A DNA stretch of 55,053 bases from an uncultured bacterium (GTDB lineage Bacteria; Patescibacteriota; Minisyncoccia; Phycocordibacterales; PALSA-1337), in NCBI GenBank assembly GCA_903846945.1, contig CAINCE010000042.1, positions 1 to 55,053 of the forward strand, in the 5' to 3' direction. Positions 28,801 to 38,519 of this stretch are shown here, one piece after another. Each line of letters begins with the position of its first letter. The first letter of the stretch is position 1. The notes beneath the pieces are model-generated. The model worked only from the letters and a program-made list of their open reading frames with translations. It was not told the DNA's origin and did not search any database. The position numbers were made by a program, and so were the translations under genes.

Positions 28801-29638
28801 GGATACGGACCAAGAACATCCATTCTGGACGGACCTTGGCTTTGATCATCTGCTTCACGAGGGAAAGCCTCTTTGCGAGCTTGTCGCTGTCAGCGGAGCT
28901 AGCAACATCATATTCCTTTTCTAGCTCTGTCTGGAGTTTGGCGAGGTCGATCTTCTTCAATAGTTCATAGACGACTTCTGCACCGATACCAGCTTCAAAT
29001 AGTGAACCATATTTCACGGCGTATTTGTGATAAGTTGCTTCATCCATGACAAACCCAGCATTCAGGCTCTCGATCTCTCTTCGTGCATTCAAGACTAGTT
29101 CTTTCAATGCTTCCTTGGTCTTATCATCCTGTGCACTCTTCACCTTACTCTTGAATTCACTATCCAAATCCTTGAGGAATTGAGCTTTCTCGGCTTCATG
29201 AACTTTGGTGACGATGTAACCAGCGAAGTAGACTACCTTCTCGAGATCAGATGTCGTCATGCCTAGAATGAGTCCGATACGAGAAGGAACGCTGCGTAGG
29301 AACCAGATATGAGAAACTGGTGTAGCTAGCTCGATGTGACCCATGCGATCACGGCGAACTATGGAGCGAGTGATCTCCACTCCGCATTTCTCACAGACGA
29401 TACCTTTGTATCTGATACCGCGGTATTTTCCACAATAACATTCGAAGTCGCGGTCTGGTCCAAAGATGCGTTCGTCGAAGAGACCTGATTTCTCACTGCG
29501 CTGTGTGCGGTAGTTGATCGTCTCAGGCTTCGTGACTTCTCCATATGACCACTCGAGGATCTTGTCAGGAGATGCCAATGTGAGTCGCACTAGGTCGAAC
29601 TGTGTAGGATCATTTTGCTTTTTTATTGGTGTTTGCAT
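25886..29638 (-). CDS. rpoC: RNA polymerase beta' subunit
   Basis: NADFDGD, LLGKRVDYSGRS, GEPGTQLTMRTFH. Confidence 0.99.
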   Translation of the reverse strand: MQTPIKKQNDPTQFDLVRLTLASPDKILEWSYGEVTKPETINYRTQRSEKSGLFDERIFGPDRDFECYCGKYRGIRYKGIVCEKCGVEITRSIVRRDRMGHIELATPVSHIWFLRSVPSRIGLILGMTTSDLEKVVYFAGYIVTKVHEAEKAQFLKDLDSEFKSKVKSAQDDKTKEALKELVLNARREIESLNAGFVMDEATYHKYAVKYGSLFEAGIGAEVVYELLKKIDLAKLQTELEKEYDVASSADSDKLAKRLSLVKQMIKAKVRPEWMFLVRIPVIPPGIRPMVALDGGRYATSDVNDLYRRVINRNNRLLKLKEINAPEVILRNEKRILQEAVDALIDNSIRHSSSAGAAAIAAQKRALKSLSDSLKSKRGLFRQNLLGKRVDYSGRSVIVVGPELKIDECGLPKHMALELFRPFVIGGLLKKELAYNIRGANRFIDDDAKEVWEILEEVIKGKYVLLNRAPTLHRLGIQAFKPVLIEGNAIHVHPLVCTAFNADFDGDQMAVHVPLSDEAQMEAREIMAADKNILKPGNNDPTVVAKMLDIVLGCFWVTKIKEKSIRQPADESRKSSAGGLSDFKDFKTDLKYFESPQAAELAYNFDDIDLRELVRVIAPKTMKYAALQEQMFETTVGRILFNNMLPEDYPFINEEIGRKRIAAIIDDMITLHGAVNVAPILDKIKTFGFSYATFSGTTWGIDDIMVPAAKGEIVARGKRSADIVSKQFDEGLLTEEERIRKHIEIWQKAKGEVEKAIPASLDKMGSVYDMITSGARGSLSQITQMAGMKGLISSVSGETIEFPILSCAKEGLTPIEYFITTHGSRKGLTDTALNTAKAGYLTRKLFVVAQDVVVSEEDCGTKDSIVIHKQTASGMNIPLSKNIRGRIIAQDIKTADDVVLFKKGHLLSKADASKVEEAGITDVHVRSPLSCKTVRGVCSMCYGLDLGKNSLIALGEAVGTVAAQAIGEPGTQLTMRTFHQGGAAGLGGDITQGLPRVEEVFEKRRPKNPAVVATVDGVVTGFKDMGKEKAIYVIPDIEDKAKGSAKKGSEVEYLFPYRRATTVRVGDRVTKGQLLTDGSADIDEVFEYGGEEKAKDYVITEVGKIYELQGETVSRKHIELIVKQMFSRRRVLEGGNTNLTDGMVVDDIQLGEENAAAKEAGGEPAKVEKLVMGITETSLTRKSFLSAASFQHTTRVLIANAVRGADDDLTGLMENVIIGRLVPAGTGFEGSPKKAMIDAMSAKRDAALGEV
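27878..27957. repeat. In-frame AAAGTC/GACTTT inverted array with nested TCCGCCGGCTGGCGGA palindrome in rpoC
   Basis: Encodes KSIRQPADESRKSSAGGLSDFKDFKT. Confidence 0.8.
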
Positions 29639-29677
29639 GGGGGTTTTATAAATTGAATAATTGAATGAATAATGCGG

Positions 29678-30571
29678 TTAAATTGAGCATAAACTAAACT
29701 TAGACGAGCCAGACTTATTTCCATTTGCATCAATCAATGCAAAACTATTAAAAAGTATAGGGTTATCTATCACATATACCATGTCAATATTACAACTCTT
29801 AAGCACAACCCAGACTGACTTATTTGTTGTGCCGGAGCCAGCGTCACCTACAAAAAGGTAATCCCATCTGACAACACGTAGACCGCGCTCGTTAAATTCA
29901 GATTTCTTCGTTTTATCTGAGTCAACTCCACCGACAACTGGTCCATCCTTCAAAATAGAACTTACTTCACTCTGATCATTTGAGAACAGTACGGACGATC
30001 TTTTATTTGTGTTGTCATTAAAAACAATCGCGGTAAAATACGGTTTACTATCTAGCGTTGACATAGTCCAATCTCTAGAATAATCAACACTAAATCCATT
30101 ACCTGTATAATTCTTTAATGAAGTTTTAGACGTTGTAGAAGTCGGACATGCCCTAAATGCACAAGATGGAGCGACCCTACTCACAGTCGAACCGTCTGGA
30201 CACATTTTTGCATCCTTTGTGCAAGAAGCCGTATCATTAGTCGAACTTGCATTCTCTTCCCAAGGTCTCACACACTGCTGCTTTTGTTCACTCCACAAAT
30301 ATCCAGCAGATCCGATACATCCATGAGAGTCACGGTCGCCGCCAACTACGGCAGAGCTTGTAGACACTGGAATACTCCCATCACCGAATTGTCTCTCACA
30401 CTTTTGAAGGCCTTCACTCCAGATTTCGCCTGCTGACGGATAACATCCACGTGAATCTTTCCCTCCTATTTTCATTGGCTTCTGAAAGAAATACACGCCA
30501 CCCGCAATCGCCAAAACAACGATTGCAATCACCAGTGGAACGACATAACCTTTTTGAAAATTTGTTTTCAT
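29678..30571 (-). CDS. Membrane-anchored/secreted protein with small Cys-rich modules
   Basis: Pilin-like leader QKGYVVPL; GCIGSAGYLWSE...CVRPWE (2 related copies); CTKDAKMCPDGS...CP. Confidence 0.8.
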   Translation of the reverse strand: MKTNFQKGYVVPLVIAIVVLAIAGGVYFFQKPMKIGGKDSRGCYPSAGEIWSEGLQKCERQFGDGSIPVSTSSAVVGGDRDSHGCIGSAGYLWSEQKQQCVRPWEENASSTNDTASCTKDAKMCPDGSTVSRVAPSCAFRACPTSTTSKTSLKNYTGNGFSVDYSRDWTMSTLDSKPYFTAIVFNDNTNKRSSVLFSNDQSEVSSILKDGPVVGGVDSDKTKKSEFNERGLRVVRWDYLFVGDAGSGTTNKSVWVVLKSCNIDMVYVIDNPILFNSFALIDANGNKSGSSKFSLCSI

Positions 30572-30592
30572 GTTGATAATTTGATTTGATAA

Positions 30593-30847
30593 TTAATATA
30601 GGTTGCTGTGACTGTCTATATCCAAGAAACGAACCCCATTCTCTCTAACTTCATACACTGCTCGCAAGTCGCCCGTCACATTGATACTCCGACATCCTAT
30701 GTATTTCCCATGAAGCCCGTGATTACTCAACTCCGGGGCAAATGAATCAATAATGAATGTCCGTAATCGTTCGTCAAACTTATTCTGAATCTTAATCTGT
30801 AATTTCTTGTACTTCTTTTTAAAGTCTTTATGGAGTTCGATCTGCAT
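30593..30847 (-). CDS. RelE/YafQ-like mRNA interferase toxin
   Basis: FKKKYKKL...NHGLHG...RSINVTGDLRAVY...DSHSNLY. Confidence 0.88.
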   Translation of the reverse strand: MQIELHKDFKKKYKKLQIKIQNKFDERLRTFIIDSFAPELSNHGLHGKYIGCRSINVTGDLRAVYEVRENGVRFLDIDSHSNLY

Positions 30848-30859
30848 ACGGTATAGATG

Positions 30860-31132
30860 TTAAGACCTTAATGATTTAATCACTTCCTCAGCCGTGTAAA
30901 AAGGACCGATAAAGTTCCTGTTTGCTCGCGAATCGGCCAATAATCTATCAAGAACTTTCATTGTTCGCTTATTAGGCATCGGGTGATCAGCAAAAGTCAC
31001 TTTCCTTTCGGAAATAAACTCCTTGATGTAACCATTCACAACTGCATTTAGAGATACACCCAAAATATGAGATAACTCTTGAGCTTGCTCTTTGACAGAT
31101 TTATTTATCTTGATACTTAACATCGTTTGCAT
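30860..31132 (-). CDS. RelB/DinJ-like antitoxin
   Basis: RHH-like N-terminus; C-terminal GPFYTAEEVIKSL; directly upstream of the toxin. Confidence 0.85.
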   Translation of the reverse strand: MQTMLSIKINKSVKEQAQELSHILGVSLNAVVNGYIKEFISERKVTFADHPMPNKRTMKVLDRLLADSRANRNFIGPFYTAEEVIKSLRS

Positions 31133-31156
31133 AGTAGTATTGTAATGAGGTGATAA

Positions 31157-31191
31157 TATCTAAAGTATATCGTTTAGATAGATACTGTCAA
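31157..31191 (-). promoter_or_regulatory. TA promoter TTGACA-N16-TATACT overlapped by palindromic operator TATCTAAA-N8-TTTAGATA
   Basis: Read directly. Confidence 0.7.
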
Positions 31192-31195
31192 TGCC

Positions 31196-34100
31196 CTATT
31201 CCTCTAGAACCTTAGGTCTACTAACGAGTTCGATATTTAGAGCCAATCCTCTCATCGTCTTCAACAACACATTGAACGATGCTGGCAAGTTCGGCGCACG
31301 GAGCTTCTCACCTTTTACTATGGCATCAAATGTCTGTGAACGACCTAGGATATCATCTGACTTGACTGTCAATATCTCACGCAAAGTATGCGCAGCACCG
31401 TGACCCAAGAGTGCCCAGACTTCCATTTCTCCAAAACGCTGACCTCCGCCCTGAGCTTTACCTCCGAGTGGCTGTTGCGTGATGAGAGAGTAAGGACCGA
31501 TAGAACGCATATGTATCTTGTCCTCCACCATGTGATGCAACTTCATGATATACATAAATCCTACTGCGACAGGCTGATCAAAATGTTGACCAGTTCGTCC
31601 ATCGCGGAGCATCATCTTGCCCGATGCATCAAAGCCAGCCTTCACGAGCTCAGCCTTGATCTCGGCATCTGTCGCACCTACGAATGGCGGGACGATAGCT
31701 TGATAGCCGAGCGAGTTTGCGGCGAGACCTAGGTGGAGTTCGAGTATCTGACCGAGGTTCATACGAGATGGCACACCGAGAGGTGTCAATATAACATCGA
31801 CTGGGCGACCGTCTTCCATGTATGGCATATCTTCTTCTGGGAGAATCTTGGAGATAACTCCTTTGTTTCCGTGACGCCCTGCCATCTTGTCACCGACTGA
31901 GATATTTCTAACCTGTGCGACCTCTATATAGATTTTCTTGATGATACCAGACTCTAGTTTATCTCCCTTCTCTCGTGAAAATATCTTTACGGAGATAACG
32001 CGACCCTGCTTACCATTTTCCATGCGCTTGGATGTATCTTTCACATCGCGAGCTTTCTCGCCGAAGATCGAACGGAGCAGGCGCTCTTCTGGTGTGAGTT
32101 GTGTCTCGCCTTTTGGTGAGATCTTTCCGACAAGGATATCTCCTGGACGAACTTCTGCACCGATGCGGACGATACCTTCCTCTGTGAGGTTTTTGAGTTT
32201 GATCTCTCCTACATTAGGAATATCGCATGTCGTCACTTCTGGACCTAGCTTGGTATCGCGGACATTCACGACGAACTCTTCGATATGGATGGAACTCCAC
32301 TTACTCTCTTTCACTATGCGTTGTGACAAGATGATGGCGTCCTCGTAGTTATTACCTGACCATGACATAAATGCAACGAGCGCATTGTGTCCTAGGGCTA
32401 TCTCTCCATGATCGGATGTAGAAGTGTCTACCAATATATCACCCTTCTTCACTGTCTGACCTAGAGTGACGATAGGTCGCTGATGGAATGCTGTAAAACC
32501 GTTCGTTCGAGAAAATAGAACCAAATTATAATCATGTGTTTTACCGGTCTTCTTGGATTTGAATGTGACCTTCTTCGCATCAACATGAGTGATCTCACCG
32601 TCTTCTGGAGCAACAACGACACGACCAGTATCGATGACCGCCTTTCTCTCGATACCTGTTGCGACAAATGGTGCCTCAGGAACTAGACAAGGCGTTGCCT
32701 GTTTCTGCATGTTCGATCCCATCAATGCTCGGTTAGCGTCATCATGGTTAAGGAATGGAATGAGTGATGTTGCGATAGAAAAGGCTTGGTTGGTATCAAC
32801 ATCGATGTAGTCGATCTCATCTTTCTTGGCCATAGCTGGCTTTCCATTTTGACGAACTTCGGCTTCATCATCTGTGATGTTACCTTCTGCATCATATGGA
32901 GTAGCGGCGTGAGCGATGCGGAAATTTTCTTCTTCTAGGGCATTCAGATATACGACTTCCTTCGTAACCTTACCCTTCACGACCTTGGCATATGGAGTTT
33001 CGATCATGCCAAAATGGTTGATGCGAGCATAGTTCGAGAGACGCAAGATGAGACCGATATTCGGACCTTCTGGTGTATGGATAGGACATAGGCGACCATA
33101 GTGAGATGGATGCACATCACGGACTTCGAATCCTGCACGCTCACGAGATAGTCCACCGGGACCTAAAGCTGTTAGTTGGCGCAGGTTCTCAATCTCAGCT
33201 AGAACATTCTCCTGTTGCATGAATTGGGACAATTGGTTCGTAGTGAAAAATTCCTTGATACGAGCCTGGAGCGGTCTTGGGTAGATGAACGAAACAGGCA
33301 TAGTGATATCTGGCTCAACTGTAGACATCTTGTCCTGGATATTGCGTCTCATCTGGGTCAAACCTAGTCTGATGCGCTGTTCTAGGAGTTCACCAACATA
33401 TCGAACTCGGCGAGAACCTAGGTGGTCGATGTCGTCAGCCTGCATATCAGGCGTAACAGAAAGTGCAACAATATGAGCTATCGTAGTAGCAATATCATCT
33501 AGAGATAGTGTGCGTCGATCCAACTCCTTCTCTTCCATAGATTTCTTGAATCTCTTGTTGAAACGGAATCGTCCGACGCGAGACAGGTCATACCTATCTG
33601 CTGCGAGCAGTGCCTTTACAAATGACCGTGCATTGTCAGCAGTTGCCAAGTCTCCATCACGGAGTCTCTTGTGTATCTCTATATACGCATCATCTATAGT
33701 CTTGGCATGATCTTTCCCTAAAGTTGTCATGATGACTTTCTTGGCATCCTCATTCTTTGCGAATAGTTCAACTATCTTCTCATTGGTATCGGCTCCGAGT
33801 ATGCGTAGGAGGGATGTCACTGGGAACTTTCTCTTGCGATCGATACGGCAATAGACCGTGCCATCAGCATCAGTCTCTATCTCCATCCAAACTCCGCGAG
33901 CTGGGATGACCTTGGCACCAAAATAGCTCTTACCTTTTAGCTCCGATGCTGTAAAGAATATACCGAATGAACGAGCGAGTTGCGGGACGATGACACGCTC
34001 AACACCGTTTATTATAAATGTTCCATGATCGGTCATGAGTGGGAAATCTGCCAAGAACATCTCCTGTTCTTTCACGACATTCAATGACTTGTTCTTCAGT

Positions 34101-34423
34101 GTGACCTTGACCTTGATCTGACCTTCGTAGTTTTGCTTGTTGTTCTTTGCGAAATGCTCATCATACTTTGGTCGTGCGAGCTCCATATGACTAAATGAAA
34201 GCTCGAACTTCTTTCCTGCATAGTCGGAAATTGGTGAAAACTCCTTCAAAAGCTCAGGTAGACCCCTCTCCATAAGATCAGCAAAGGAGATGAGCTGCGA
34301 CTCCACGAGATGCGGCATCTCTGCGAGTGGCACTTTGTATCTAGAAAAATATTTCTTCGGACGGTTGGTTGCTGAGGTTATCGGGACGGAAGCACCTTTG
34401 ACTAGCGTAGTGGATGTAGGCAT
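31196..34423 (-). CDS. rpoB: RNA polymerase beta subunit
   Basis: GDKMAGRHGNKG, GQRFGEMEVWAL. Confidence 0.99.
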   Translation of the reverse strand: MPTSTTLVKGASVPITSATNRPKKYFSRYKVPLAEMPHLVESQLISFADLMERGLPELLKEFSPISDYAGKKFELSFSHMELARPKYDEHFAKNNKQNYEGQIKVKVTLKNKSLNVVKEQEMFLADFPLMTDHGTFIINGVERVIVPQLARSFGIFFTASELKGKSYFGAKVIPARGVWMEIETDADGTVYCRIDRKRKFPVTSLLRILGADTNEKIVELFAKNEDAKKVIMTTLGKDHAKTIDDAYIEIHKRLRDGDLATADNARSFVKALLAADRYDLSRVGRFRFNKRFKKSMEEKELDRRTLSLDDIATTIAHIVALSVTPDMQADDIDHLGSRRVRYVGELLEQRIRLGLTQMRRNIQDKMSTVEPDITMPVSFIYPRPLQARIKEFFTTNQLSQFMQQENVLAEIENLRQLTALGPGGLSRERAGFEVRDVHPSHYGRLCPIHTPEGPNIGLILRLSNYARINHFGMIETPYAKVVKGKVTKEVVYLNALEEENFRIAHAATPYDAEGNITDDEAEVRQNGKPAMAKKDEIDYIDVDTNQAFSIATSLIPFLNHDDANRALMGSNMQKQATPCLVPEAPFVATGIERKAVIDTGRVVVAPEDGEITHVDAKKVTFKSKKTGKTHDYNLVLFSRTNGFTAFHQRPIVTLGQTVKKGDILVDTSTSDHGEIALGHNALVAFMSWSGNNYEDAIILSQRIVKESKWSSIHIEEFVVNVRDTKLGPEVTTCDIPNVGEIKLKNLTEEGIVRIGAEVRPGDILVGKISPKGETQLTPEERLLRSIFGEKARDVKDTSKRMENGKQGRVISVKIFSREKGDKLESGIIKKIYIEVAQVRNISVGDKMAGRHGNKGVISKILPEEDMPYMEDGRPVDVILTPLGVPSRMNLGQILELHLGLAANSLGYQAIVPPFVGATDAEIKAELVKAGFDASGKMMLRDGRTGQHFDQPVAVGFMYIMKLHHMVEDKIHMRSIGPYSLITQQPLGGKAQGGGQRFGEMEVWALLGHGAAHTLREILTVKSDDILGRSQTFDAIVKGEKLRAPNLPASFNVLLKTMRGLALNIELVSRPKVLEE

Positions 34424-34463
34424 TTTGAATTTATTAAAATGTTAATAATGATGTTCTAAGCGA

Positions 34464-34584
34464 GATTTACGATTTCCATGCCTGACGGCAGGCAGGAGGA
34501 TTTAAGATTTAAGATTTATGAATCGTCGCAAGCTCACCGAGAAATTGCATCATTCGTAAATATTAAATCTATATTCGTAAATCT
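34464..34584. repeat. GATTTAN/TAAATC inverted heptamer arrays in the rpoB leader, with nested CCTGACGGCAGGCAGG
   Basis: Read directly. Confidence 0.7.
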
Positions 34585-34870
34585 TTGTACTAACACGCGG
34601 GACGCAAAACTAGCCGTCTATGAATAACGGTTTAATTTTCGACTACCTTATAAGGAGATAATCACTTGTAGGATTAATGATAAACCTTTCTAATCCTCCG
34701 CTTGTATACCCTTCTTCGTTCACACTACGAAGGGCACGGCAGAACACAATCTGCGAAGTTGCGTCAACCCTAGCATGCCCCATTTATGAAGTCAAGGGGC
34801 TTTTGCCCTATATTCGGGGATAAGTCACCTATAACGGGTTGATTATAGGTTGAAAAGTGCCAATAGCTAT

Positions 34871-35581
34871 CTATTTGGCTATCTTTCTAGTTTTTTTCCA
34901 CTCATCCATCTTTGCATGGTGGCCACTAAGTAGTATTTTCGGTACCCTGTATTTCTTCCCTTTGAATTCTATAGTTTCAGGCCTTGTGTAGACATCTGGA
35001 CTAGCTACCCTAGACTCTTCTACTGACAACTCGTCGCCTAGTACTCCTTTTATCCTGCGAGAAATCGCATCTATGACGATCATCGCTGGTAATTCTCCAC
35101 CCGTCAGAACATATGGGCCAACCGATATGTCCACCATCGGGAACGCCTTCTTTACACGCGCATCGATGCCCTCATATCTTCCGCAAACCAATATGATATT
35201 AGTGTACTTTTTGAACTTATCAGCAACCGCGTTCGAAAACTGCTCACCAGATGGACTGAAGAAGATGATTTTCGACTTTCCTTTCTTTGTACCCTTCAAT
35301 ACGGCCTCGACCGCTCTCATGACCGGCAAGGCTTCCATCACCATTCCAGGACCGCCGCCGTATGGCCTGTCATCAACTCGTCTCTCTGCATAAGTCATCC
35401 TTCCGTCCGCCTTCGCCAATTCCTCGACAGACATAGCAAAATCACGCGGATTGTAGTACTTCACCGCGATCTTCCCATCTGCCTGTGCACGCTTCAATAT
35501 TGAGGCCTGTAAATAGGACTCGAGGCTCTCTGGAAATAGGGTTACTATATGGAATGTGGTCATCTGCTGTGTTTTGATCAT
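34871..35581 (-). CDS. trmD: tRNA (guanine-N1)-methyltransferase
   Basis: VDDRPYGGGPGMVM, CGRYEGIDAR, VLTGGELPA. Confidence 0.96.
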   Translation of the reverse strand: MIKTQQMTTFHIVTLFPESLESYLQASILKRAQADGKIAVKYYNPRDFAMSVEELAKADGRMTYAERRVDDRPYGGGPGMVMEALPVMRAVEAVLKGTKKGKSKIIFFSPSGEQFSNAVADKFKKYTNIILVCGRYEGIDARVKKAFPMVDISVGPYVLTGGELPAMIVIDAISRRIKGVLGDELSVEESRVASPDVYTRPETIEFKGKKYRVPKILLSGHHAKMDEWKKTRKIAK

Positions 35582-35643
35582 GTTATTGACTATACTAGAA
35601 AAGTGTTGTAAGTTCAAGCAAGACACAACAACTGAACACTCTT

Positions 35644-36009
35644 ATGACAATTAAAGACAAGTCTATTTGGTGCACGACTATCATCATTTTCGCAATAAAT
35701 CGTTTACACACTAAAGATCGGATCGTCATGGTAAAGTCTACCATTCAGGACCACGATCAGGAACAAAGGATGTGCGCACGGTTCAAAATGTTGCGATTAT
35801 TGAATCGAAAAAATGTGACACTATTTATGAAATGGTATAAAGAATCGGGAGACACTTTACCAAAACTTCCCTTGAGCAACATTGAACTCACTGACCTCGA
35901 ACGAATCTGGGTAATGTTTGCTCTGAACGATCATCTCGACTTCATTGCAAGTCACAAATTAACAGTAGTTCACGGATATTTCATCCCCATGATCTATCCG
36001 CCCAAATGA
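35644..36009 (+). CDS. Hypothetical protein
   Basis: 121 aa ORF followed by a terminator. Confidence 0.55.
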   Translation: MTIKDKSIWCTTIIIFAINRLHTKDRIVMVKSTIQDHDQEQRMCARFKMLRLLNRKNVTLFMKWYKESGDTLPKLPLSNIELTDLERIWVMFALNDHLDFIASHKLTVVHGYFIPMIYPPK

Positions 36010-36050
36010 CCACAACCTGCGACTAAAAAACCTTATCTCGAATTCCCTAC

Positions 36051-36076
36051 TCCACGCTCCACAGCGTGGATTTTTT
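36051..36076 (+). terminator. Intrinsic terminator
   Basis: TCCACGCT-CCAC-AGCGTGGA-TTTTTT. Confidence 0.75.
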
Positions 36077-36185
36077 ATATCTGAAACAAGGGTAGACCTT
36101 GTAAACAAAAAATCGAGCTTTCACCCGACTTTTTGTCTTTGTTTATTCTTCTAGTCTCAAGTATCTAGTCTCTAATTTCCGTCTC

Positions 36186-36548
36186 CTATCCCAACTTCAG
36201 ATCTGCCATCGCTTCATCCACCGTCTTTGAGTTTGGAGTGACAAGTGGAACTGTCGGAGCTGACGAGCCCTCTTGTGCCATGCGTTCTGGTGAACGGAGC
36301 CCACCGATTGGCTCATTGATCTTTAGGTTAACGCGAGAGTTGTTCTTCATGCCGACGACACGGAGCAATGTTCGGATGGCCTTGGCAGTGTTGCCCTGAC
36401 GACCGATGATCTTACCCATATCTGCAGCACCACACTCGAGTGTGAGTAGTACTCCCATCTCATCTACTGTACGAGTTGTTTTTACTTCTGCGGGACTGTC
36501 GACTAACGCCTTGATAACATAATCTAGAAATTCTTGATCTTTCTGCAT
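36186..36548 (-). CDS. khpA: KH-domain RNA-binding protein
   Basis: DMGKIIGRQGNTAKAIRTL; next to rpsP. Confidence 0.9.
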   Translation of the reverse strand: MQKDQEFLDYVIKALVDSPAEVKTTRTVDEMGVLLTLECGAADMGKIIGRQGNTAKAIRTLLRVVGMKNNSRVNLKINEPIGGLRSPERMAQEGSSAPTVPLVTPNSKTVDEAMADLKLG

Positions 36549-36665
36549 AAAATCTTTTTTATTAATTCATAATGGCGTACAGATAACTTACTGTACTGGT
36601 AAACAGTGTACCAAATCAACTATTTACTAGCAATCACACAAAACCCTATATCAATGCCTAAATGT

Positions 36666-37058
36666 TTAAGCGGCTGGAGTAGCTGCTGGAGTTACGGCTT
36701 CTGCAACTGGAGCTTCTGTAGCCGGTGCTGCATCAATTTTCTTTGTCTCTTCTTTTTTTACTTCCTCTTTCTTTATAGGAGACTTCTTAGGTAATGCGTT
36801 CAACTTCTTGCCTTCTATGATCTTCTGACCAACGAGGAAATTGTGAAGTGTTAGTGACAACTTGGCACCCTGTGACATCCACTTCTTTATAGCTTCTGTA
36901 TCCAACTGCTTCTTCGCATCGTTCTTGAGGCGTGTATCATACCATCCTAGGTTCTTCAGGTATTTACCGCTCTTTGGTCCATTCTTCGAATCTGTCAAAA
37001 CTACACGAAAAGTTGGTTCGTGCTTGCGTCCTGTGCGCTGTAATCTGATCATTAACAT
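36666..37058 (-). CDS. rpsP: 30S ribosomal protein S16
   Basis: MLMIRLQRTGRKHEPTFRVV. Confidence 0.96.
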   Translation of the reverse strand: MLMIRLQRTGRKHEPTFRVVLTDSKNGPKSGKYLKNLGWYDTRLKNDAKKQLDTEAIKKWMSQGAKLSLTLHNFLVGQKIIEGKKLNALPKKSPIKKEEVKKEETKKIDAAPATEAPVAEAVTPAATPAA

Positions 37059-37101
37059 GTGGAGAGATACTATCAGAATGTTAGATAACAGTCAACTTCA
37101 A

Positions 37102-37464
37102 TCATTTCCCTACCACCCATTTCTTCACCTTTATCATCTCCTGGAGCATGGCCTGGAGCTTCACACTATCATCGCTAGAAACATCCGAATCCACCAGGAA
37201 ATGTGACAATCTCTTCATGAATACTCCGTATAGATCATAGAAATATTCCTGCAATATCTTGAATTCTGTTTCACTCAACTCAGTTCGCTTGCCTAGCCTC
37301 TTATTACTTTTCCTTTCTGATTCTCTGCCTTTCGACGAAGGTCCGTCTAATATACGCAATATCTCGAGTGGCCTCTTTATCCCGTCGTACAGCAACGAAT
37401 CATGGTTCAAAACACCTTCCAATGAAGGCGACGCTATTTGGTAATCTCGCATAGGATCAGTCAA
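37102..37464 (-). CDS. Hypothetical protein (start uncertain)
   Basis: 120 aa ORF with a TTG start abutting a palindromic element. Confidence 0.5.
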   Translation of the reverse strand: MTDPMRDYQIASPSLEGVLNHDSLLYDGIKRPLEILRILDGPSSKGRESERKSNKRLGKRTELSETEFKILQEYFYDLYGVFMKRLSHFLVDSDVSSDDSVKLQAMLQEMIKVKKWVVGK

Positions 37465-37472
37465 AAGTCCTT

Positions 37473-37635
37473 AGAGCCCATCCACCATCTCGTGGTACCC
37501 TACCAGGAAAGCTTTATTTTTAGGCGAAAAACAAGCTGGAGTTCGAGCCATAATGAATTATGGCGAGAACGAAGCGCAGTTTTGTAGCCAAAAATAAGGC
37601 TTTATATGGTAGGGGGAAGATGGTGGATGGGCTCT
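37473..37635. repeat. 163 bp long-hairpin element inserted in a 9-mer array
   Basis: Perfect 18 bp terminal IR AGAGCCCATCCACCATCT; pairing continues inward. Confidence 0.88.
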
Positions 37636-37636
37636 T

Positions 37637-37707
37637 AAAGTCTTTAAAGTCCGTAAAGTCATGACTACGACTTTATAGACTTTCCAACTTTATGGACTTT
37701 ATGGACT
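37637..37707. repeat. AAAGTCNNN / NNNGACTTT inverted 9-mer arrays
   Basis: Read directly. Confidence 0.85.
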
Positions 37708-38437
37708 ATTTTATAATACTTACAAATCTATCTTTCGTGATGATGACATGGTCGAGAACAGTGATGCCCAAGATCTTCCCGGCTTGGACCAACTGTTTCG
37801 ATATCTCGACGTCCTGGTCACTAGGAGTAACTTCGCCTGATGGATGGTTGTGTGCCAATACTACCGCGGCGGCGTTGCACTCGATACCAGCGCGAAATAC
37901 TTCTCTAGGATGGATGATATTCGAATTGACTGTACCTATGGATATGACCTCATCTCGGATAATCTTGCTGTGACTATTTAGAAACAGTCCGCGAAGGTGC
38001 TCCTTGGGCAGATTCCTCATATCCTGCAAATAGTTGTATACATCTTCGGCATTTCTGATGGTGGTAAAACCAGACTGATTCTTCTCACCATACCTCCTAG
38101 CTATCTCACCTACGGCCACGATGATGCAGGCCTTGCCTATAGGGATATCCAGGTCACTCGAGAGATGCTCGGGATCAGTCTCAGACAATATGGTCTTTTC
38201 CCCATACTCCTTCATGATCCTGTTGGACAGCTCGATAACGTCTTCCTTGACCGAACCAGTATTCAAGATAACCGCTATAAGCTCACGCATAGTGAGCGAC
38301 TGGGGTCCTTGAGACATGAGTTTTTGTCGAGGCTTTTCTTCACTCGGCAAATCATGGATCGTGATCAGATAATCACGACTACTGGAGCCGTCTAGAAACA
38401 GCGAGTTGTCCAATATTTTGTATGCACTTTTTTGCAT
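37706..38437 (-). CDS. radC: RadC (JAB domain) family protein
   Basis: HPREVF, AHNHPSG...PSDQD, LDHVII. Confidence 0.93.
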   Translation of the reverse strand: MQKSAYKILDNSLFLDGSSSRDYLITIHDLPSEEKPRQKLMSQGPQSLTMRELIAVILNTGSVKEDVIELSNRIMKEYGEKTILSETDPEHLSSDLDIPIGKACIIVAVGEIARRYGEKNQSGFTTIRNAEDVYNYLQDMRNLPKEHLRGLFLNSHSKIIRDEVISIGTVNSNIIHPREVFRAGIECNAAAVVLAHNHPSGEVTPSDQDVEISKQLVQAGKILGITVLDHVIITKDRFVSIIK

Positions 38438-38519
38438 GTAATAAGTATAGCGAGAAGTGAGGAAAAATGAAAGCGTGGCCTTCATTTGTTCCGAACGCCG
38501 AAGATATATGAGCGAAGCA

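Noticed and set aside
25989..33710. Many short plus-strand ORFs antisense to rpoB/rpoC
   Set aside because: Shadow ORFs arising from codon bias of the real genes.
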